Source: Podarcis liolepis (Eukaryota). From it: DNA of 64,000 nt. Position 1 is the first letter of the stretch. Each line of letters starts with the position of its first letter. The DNA lies in NCBI GenBank assembly GCA_965112155.1, contig CBCOQI010000144.1; one strand, written 5' to 3'. Shown in pieces: positions 57,166 through 64,000 of this stretch. The position numbers were made by a program, and so were the translations under genes. The notes beneath the pieces are model-generated. The model was not told the DNA's origin, searched no databases, and worked only from the letters and a program-made list of their open reading frames with translations.

Positions 57166-57727
57166 GTCTAGGTTAGCGACTGGGAGTATAGAAAGCACCC
57201 GTGCAGCATACAAATGTGAAGCTATGGGCAATCCTAACTTGCTGGATAACTTTGGCTCAACCCAGAAGGAAAATACCCACACAACTTTTGTGGTAGCAAA
57301 TACCAGAAGACATGCAAGAGCTGTGCGCCATGGCATTTATGCTATGCAATACAGAAGGACCAAATATTGGCTTCTGTGCTATTTCACATCTACCTCATGG
57401 TTGGGGAACCTTCAACCCATGAGCCAAAGTTATCCAGTGAGTTCAGATTGCCCATAGCTGGACCTTTGTATGCATTCACCGTCTAGTCTTTTCCTTTTCT
57501 ATCCTATCTGGGATCAGTTCTCATAGAGCAAAAGAATCTATTCAGCATATCCTGAGAGGTGTGGTGGCAATGAGAACTCAAATGTTCTCATTATTTCAAT
57601 ATTTATTTATTATTACCATGTCCGTAATAAAACCAACCCGTATGTTACGCCATATTTAAATAATGCATAATCTTGCATTCTTGCTATTCAATTATTGCGA
57701 ATGTATCTATCATTATGGACACTTATG

Positions 57728-58240
57728 TGTTGCTTAATGGGTAGTTTGGGATTTGACAATATAACTCCATAATGTCCCTTTAATGACGGTTTGCTTCCTC
57801 AGTGAGTTGGTTTGCTTTATTGTCTTGATTGGCTGTTTGAGCTTCAGGAGTAAGTGCTGGCAGTATGGGGGCTGAAGGCTGATATGCCTGTCAGAAGTAG
57901 CACAGCTGCAGAATTTATTAACCATGCTGGCCCCTATTAGCCTATTACACCTGGCAGGTGATGTAACACCCTTCACACCCTCCCAATAACTTATGGAACA
58001 GGTGTGAGGCATTTGGTCTAAGGTATACACAGTTCCCTGATGGGGCCTGACCTTTTGACATAACAGGAGGGGGAAGTAATCTATCTTGCTTGTGCTATGT
58101 TATTCTGCTTAACGACTGCTCCACTGCTTTTTATTATGTATTCAAGCCTGCTACTTAATAAAAGCACTGAACTTCTTTCCGCTAGAGGCGTGTGTTATTG
58201 CCCCAAATCCAAAAGAACTATTGCATTTGGCAAAACAACA
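57728..58240 (+). mobile_element. Probable old solo LTR
   Basis: TGTTG...CAACA termini and AATAAA at about 58157; the TSD is not clean (ttatg/tcttg). Confidence 0.45.
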
Positions 58241-61200
58241 TCTTGTTCTGCCTCAGGTCTCTTGGCCTCAGTCAGGTTGTGAAGCTCACTGGGTCACCTT
58301 AGCTAGTCACTGTTTCTCAGCATCTACTGCATCACTGGATTTGTGAGAGGACAGAATTTGGTTTAGTCTGACATATACCAGCCTGAGCTCTTCCAAAAAG
58401 CAAATGGAATAAAGACAGACACACCATATGAAACACAAAATGCCACAATGGGCCAAACATGCAACACATAAAACCTAGCATATAGAATAACTTCATCACC
58501 AACACCAGCTTCACAAATGAATGCTTGAGTAGTGTAGAACCATGCTCTGCTTTTTAAAAGTTAGGACCATCCTTTCTCCACACAGGAAAAACTCAGGCAG
58601 GGGAGAGAGTGGCAAAATGAATGGCCTTTTTTCTGTTCTGATTGATTCCTTTCCTTTAGGAATTGTGCCTTGATTAGTAAAATAAAGAAGTAGTTTCATT
58701 ATGTGAATGGGAAAATGGACTTGATGAGTCACAGATATCCCTATAATTTATGAGAGCATTCTTCAATGTGGCTAATTTAATCTGTTATTGAAGAAAAACC
58801 ATTCGTTAAAACAGCTGCCAGCAAACCATTCCTTTGAGGACTCCATCATAAAAACATCCAAAGAAAAATGAAAGCCTCAAGGCAAGTGATATGTAAAACA
58901 GATGTAAAAAGAACTCCTGGGTTGTGGGGTTTTTTTTACATCAGCATTGAAATGATACCCCCCCCCATTTTTTTTGTTTTGTTTTAAATAAGAGATTGTG
59001 TATCTCTATCCCATCCTATAATGTTATACATTCCAGAATCCATTAAAGCATCCTTTATTTCATGGCTCAGTTATTAGATAACCTATAATAAGAGCAATAA
59101 AACACAACATGGTGCAGTTACCACAGCTGCTTAGCAAGGATTCGTAAGTGTGAACCAGCCCTTATTGTTCATGTGTTCTTGCTGTGTTCTTGTGGAAAAA
59201 CAAGCCATAGCCGGCTTATGGTGTCGATGGTCTTTGATCAAAACCTTGCAGAACAGATGCTCCCAAACATCTTTAATTTTTGAAGCACTCGAAGGGCAAA
59301 AGAGCTCACGTTCTTTCTCAATGGCCTAGTGAAAACACTGGATGCAGCTCTCCTCCAAAGCCTACATTCACCAAGGATGCCAAAATAAAATGTCATCCAG
59401 TTGAGATCAGGCTTTAGAGAGAGATTTTTATTGCTAGTGGGAGAAAGGCTTACAGTGTGTTAGGTCCTACACAGTATGTGATTTTGACGTAACCAATTAG
59501 CCATGCTTAGAAGCCGTTCAACGTAGAATCAGTTAGGAAAGGTGCTTGTGTAAATTGCATGTAAGAGGCTACACACATTGAAGGGGCTGCTCTCCCTGAC
59601 ATCCACACACTGGGCTGGGAGCATGCATAGTCTTCCACAATAACTAGAACTCCAGTGGCACAGATTTCCAGCTTGCATGGAAAGTCTACAGGCATTGAGA
59701 TTTGAATGCATGGGGTTTCCATACATTGTCTGTGGACATCAGTGTTTGAGTTCAGTGAAGTGCTGGGAACAGCCCAGCAATGCAGCCCTGCTGTGGCCTA
59801 AGTTGTCCAGAAATGGCTGTGGTCCTGAGGAATGACAACATTTCTTAAATAGAGAGGCAGGGAAATCTCTGAAAAGGTATCTCTGCCTGACAGAACACAA
59901 CGCATGCCTGGTAGACTGTGTTCAGAAAAGTACATATAATAAAATATCACCTTCTGATGTGGTTTTCGGTATTCTGACTATTTTTACCCATCCTTGTAGA
60001 ATTATATTTCACTTTGAAAAGAGCTTCTAATTGGCTTTCCTCCTTCCCCACTGCTGATAAATCTCCCCAGAGCAGTCTGTTATGTACATACTTTGAAATT
60101 CGGCGCTTCCTTTGAAAAATGTATTATTCCCTAGTCACACTTGATCTTTAGTAATCTTTATTGGAAAGATTCGGGCGAGGGAAAATCAATTTCAAACAAC
60201 ATTGATATGAGAGACAAGTAACAGATAAAATAACTGTACAACCACTTCTTTTTCCAATGTCACTGAAACACTATTCTATGTGGATTATTTTTAGGATTGT
60301 ATATGAACAAATAGGCTTTACTATGCACTAAATGGTAATTTTAATGGCTGCATCGCAATAAACCTCAAGCTCACACACTTCCATCCCCAGCACAATCATG
60401 GAGAAACTGGAAAACTTTACTTCCATTTTTGGAACCACCAGAGTTTAGCATTCTGTCCAAACCCTAAACTTTGGTTAATTTTAACTATGGCCTGTGAAGG
60501 AAAGCCAGTTCCATAGCCCATGCTATTAATTTGGCTTGTTTCAAACAAACAATAGTTAGGGTTCATGGCAATTTGTCTGATTCTCATGAAACAAGCTGCA
60601 CTTAATCAAAAATGGAAGCAAGAGCATACAGTCTCCTTTGTTCTAATCACAACCATGGTTTATCTCAGAATGTCTGGATTCAACCAGGATCTTATTTTTA
60701 AAAATCTTTTATATCTTTAGTTTAATAAGTTCTACATAACAGCGAACTTTCTCTACTCTTTATCACTAGTGAAGTTAAGCTGTTTGCATGCACTAAGACT
60801 GACAAAAGAGAGAAAAGAATTCATGTTTACAATTCTATACAATTGTAAATCCATGAGTTTTAAATAAAACACAGTGCAAGCTGAGTCCCAATCCTTAGAC
60901 TATTTATCTCTCATATGTGGAAGATGAGTGTTTGCATGATCATTGTACCTGCAGTAGATTTTAATGGAGATGGGCTGAAACTTTCCAAGCCAAATATATG
61001 TATGTATCCACCAGGGTGTCCAGTCCCTGCTGCTGCTTCTCTCACAATCACCACCTTAGCTCACATTAGCATTTATTTCAGCTGCCATACTACTCCATGC
61101 AGAGGTCCTGCCTAAAGCATAACTCATTCATTGCCTACTCAGCCCAGTGATTACCGGAAGACCTCTATCCCACGGGTGAGCAACCTACAACCCTCAACCT

Positions 61201-62687
61201 CATTTTGTGCACTCCATCACTTCCTGAAATCGACCCCTTTCTGCCATCCCATTAGACCGCCTTCCTGTTTGTTTCCCTGATTTTTTAAAAAAAGTGTTTC
61301 CTCCTGCTTCCTTTCATTGCAGGTTCAGTACAATTGGAAGGGGGAAATAATTTGATAAGAACAAATTGATGCCTTAAAAAAATGTTTGTCCTGGTTGTGT
61401 GGCTTAAGGAAAAGACCTCCCCTTCCCTGCTGCCATGGGTTTGCATAGGGCACCCATGTCAAAAAGGAATTACTTTCACTTGCTTTCCAGAATAGGAGCT
61501 GTATCAATTACTGTGTTGAATAATAATAATAATAATAATAATTCTGTACTCATTTGAAAGTAACCCCCTCAAACTCAGTGGAGCTTACTTCTTAGTAGAG
61601 CGGAATAGGATTGGGAATTCTGAGACAGCCATAGAAGCAGAGCAGTCTTTATTCTTGATTAGTTAACCCAGGACATTTTTGTCTCTCTCTGCCCATCGTT
61701 GGTTCTGTCCATGCTCCCTGCAGTAATGTGGCCTCCCCCGCCCCCTGACAGATTACCTCTGAGCAATTGTGGCCCTGGAAAGAAAATAGTTTACTAACCC
61801 CTGATCTAGCTTGTGATGCTGCAGACTGTGTTGCCATGACCACTGTCTCCTCCTCTGTGTATCTGGGGAGAGGATGTGGTTGCATGGTAGAATTCTGCCC
61901 AATCTGTCCCATGATCAATCCATCATTGCTTTATTTACTTTTCTTTTAATTTCCTGGGAACTGCAGAAGGTCAACATGCAGACCTGTCCATGTGGCCATT
62001 AGGCCGAATAAGATGGTTGGTTTTGGCAGCAGGCTTTGGACACAATTGAAAGAGTGCCACTCACACACAGATACCCAAACAATATTGTACCTTCTGCCTT
62101 ACCTAGTGCTGCTCCTATTACTTCCAGTATAGCAGTAAAATGATGAAAGGGAGGAAGCCCTTATGTGGTAACTGTCTCATGATTTCGGTTCTGACCCACT
62201 GATTCCCATGGGACTTAAAACACAACTCAAGTTATCTGGACTGGACCCACTGAGCTGAGATGTTGTCTTAGATCTATAATGACTCATTTACAGACACAAG
62301 TATTCGGATTATAAGCACGGGTGTGTGAATTGTTTCAGAATGAACAGGAACCAGTGGAACCACAGTCAAGAATAGCCAAGATACACTTTCACTACAATCC
62401 TATGAGTGTTTACTCAGAAAAATAAGCTGTACTGTTTTCAGTGAGACTCATTCCTAAGTAAGCAGACAGAGGACTGCAGTCTTAGACGTTGTTTACTTAC
62501 TGATAATGCACACACACATATTCTTCCTTCTTTTTAGAAGTAGTGTTATAGTTTCATTTTTCACATCTTCAAATGTCTACCATTTACTATTATTCTTGGA
62601 GTTCTTTACTCATCCTAAAAAAGCATATGATTTTCAAAGATAAACGCATGCAGCTGATCCATCAACCTGAACTGTCTTCAGTCAAAA

Positions 62688-62704
62688 TTAGTAGGCCCAT
62701 GATG
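62688..62704 (-). CDS. SCEL: Sciellin terminal exon, 17-nt coding part
   Basis: Strong acceptor ttttctttcccttacag|CA TCA TGG GCC TAC TAA completes the phase-1 codon to give SSWAY*, aligning with recalled human AKWIP*. Candidate AATAAA (minus strand) at 61930-61935. Confidence 0.72.
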
Positions 62705-63510
62705 CTGTAAGGGAAAGAAAATGCCCATTAGAAACTGAAAATGTGCACAGCCTTATCAAGTCAACCATTTCAGACCAATGTGTTAAGTTTCTCTAAACAC
62801 AGAGCTATTTCAGTTCCATATTATTTGAGGTATTCCAGATACTGATTGTCTTTTAAATGTGATTCTTAACATTCACTGGTGTTCAGGGATGGAAGGATCT
62901 CTCAGTTTCAGATCTCTCAGTTTATCATTTTTCCAATCTTAAATTCAGTTCAGCAGTTTGCACTTTAAAATTATCATGACATTTTACTACCAGCATTTTA
63001 CTGGGAATTTCTCCTAATCCACACATTTTTGCACAGTTGTGACTAATGTACCCAAATTTTGCAAGCCATTCCCCCTAAAATAATGCATGCTACTATATTA
63101 TCTTAACTAATGCATTCATTTTAATGTGCATTTTTACCTAATATATGCATTTTGTAAACATTGTTTGGTTAGAGAACGGTATCACAAAATTTGGATAAGT
63201 GTGAATTTAGAAGGGTAACTGTGTCTCGGGTTGCGTGTTGTTTCAGAAAGCATGAGTTTGATATATTTCTCTTTACACGCAAACTGAACTGAATTTTCTC
63301 CCTACCGGTGTTGTGAATATCAAGCAGGGAAACATATATTTGGACATTCAATAAATGTATGTTGGACTTCTGCATTCACCGAATCCTGCAATCTACAGCA
63401 CCATAAACAGGAACTGAACTGAAGTGTTTCAGAGGTACTTTGAACCCCATGCCTCCCTGGTTGTTGTTAACAACTAAACCTTCAAGCAGGTGCCCTCCAC
63501 TACAACTTAC

Positions 63511-63613
63511 ATTTAACTCTGGAATAGCATGGTTCACAATGCACCGTGTTCTTGTAAATCCAAATGCTATCTCCCGCCTTCACGTTTTCCAAAGGTGCTT
63601 TGCAGATTTCGCA
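63511..63613 (-). CDS. SCEL: Sciellin penultimate coding exon (second zinc finger of the LIM domain)
   Basis: ttcctag|TGC GAA gives CEICKAPLENVKAGDSIWIYKNTVHCEPCYSRVK, then T|gtaagt. Closely matches the recalled human SCEL C-terminus (CEICKQPLENLQAGDSIWIY..TIHCEPCYSK). Synteny with SLAIN1 agrees. Confidence 0.9.
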
Positions 63614-64000
63614 CTAGGAACACACAGAGTTAAACAATTTATTTCATCAATTCTGAGTCAGATACCAACCGGGATAAAAGCTTTAGAAAGCTTGTTGAAA
63701 AAGTGTGAGCGCCTTTAGCTGGTGCCAAAAAGACAACAGAGAAGGTGCCTGCCTGATATGAAGTGGGAGGGAGTTCCAAAGGGCAGGTGCTGCCCAGCTT
63801 CAGCATTGTGCAGGACACACCTCCTGACAAGGTGGCATCTGCAGGATGTGTTTGCCTGCGGAGCACAGTGACCAGCTGGGCATGCAGGAAATGATGCAAT
63901 CTTTTAGGCATCTTGTTCCCAAAGCTTTGCAAGGCTTTGTACACCAAGACCTTGAATCCAGTCCAGTAGCTAATCAGCAGCCGTGTTATGAAAATGCCTG

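Overview
Vertebrate genomic DNA, most likely a squamate (lacertid-like lizard), judging by Sauria SINEs, BovB/RTE, L2, CR1 and tRNA-Lys SINEs. The window holds the complete SLAIN1 gene on the minus strand: 8 coding exons from 53711 down to 15451, all GT-AG and phase-consistent, 1764 nt = 587 aa + stop, with a CpG-island promoter at about 53.2-54.2 kb. It includes a 150-nt symmetric exon at 31810-31959 that the ORF track misses. The last two coding exons of SCEL (sciellin, LIM-domain end) lie upstream on the same strand, matching the human SCEL-SLAIN1 order. The rest is intronic or intergenic and rich in transposons, several of them nested. The most notable non-genic content is a very young Penelope-like (Poseidon-type) retroelement family. 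One copy is a 5'-truncated RT/GIY-YIG copy with an open reading frame. The other is an internally deleted copy with inverted pseudo-LTRs. Both sit in (TA)n tracts, and together they carry three identical minimal hammerhead-ribozyme motifs inside SLAIN1 introns. Family assignments come from motif recognition and recalled homologs, not from database searches.
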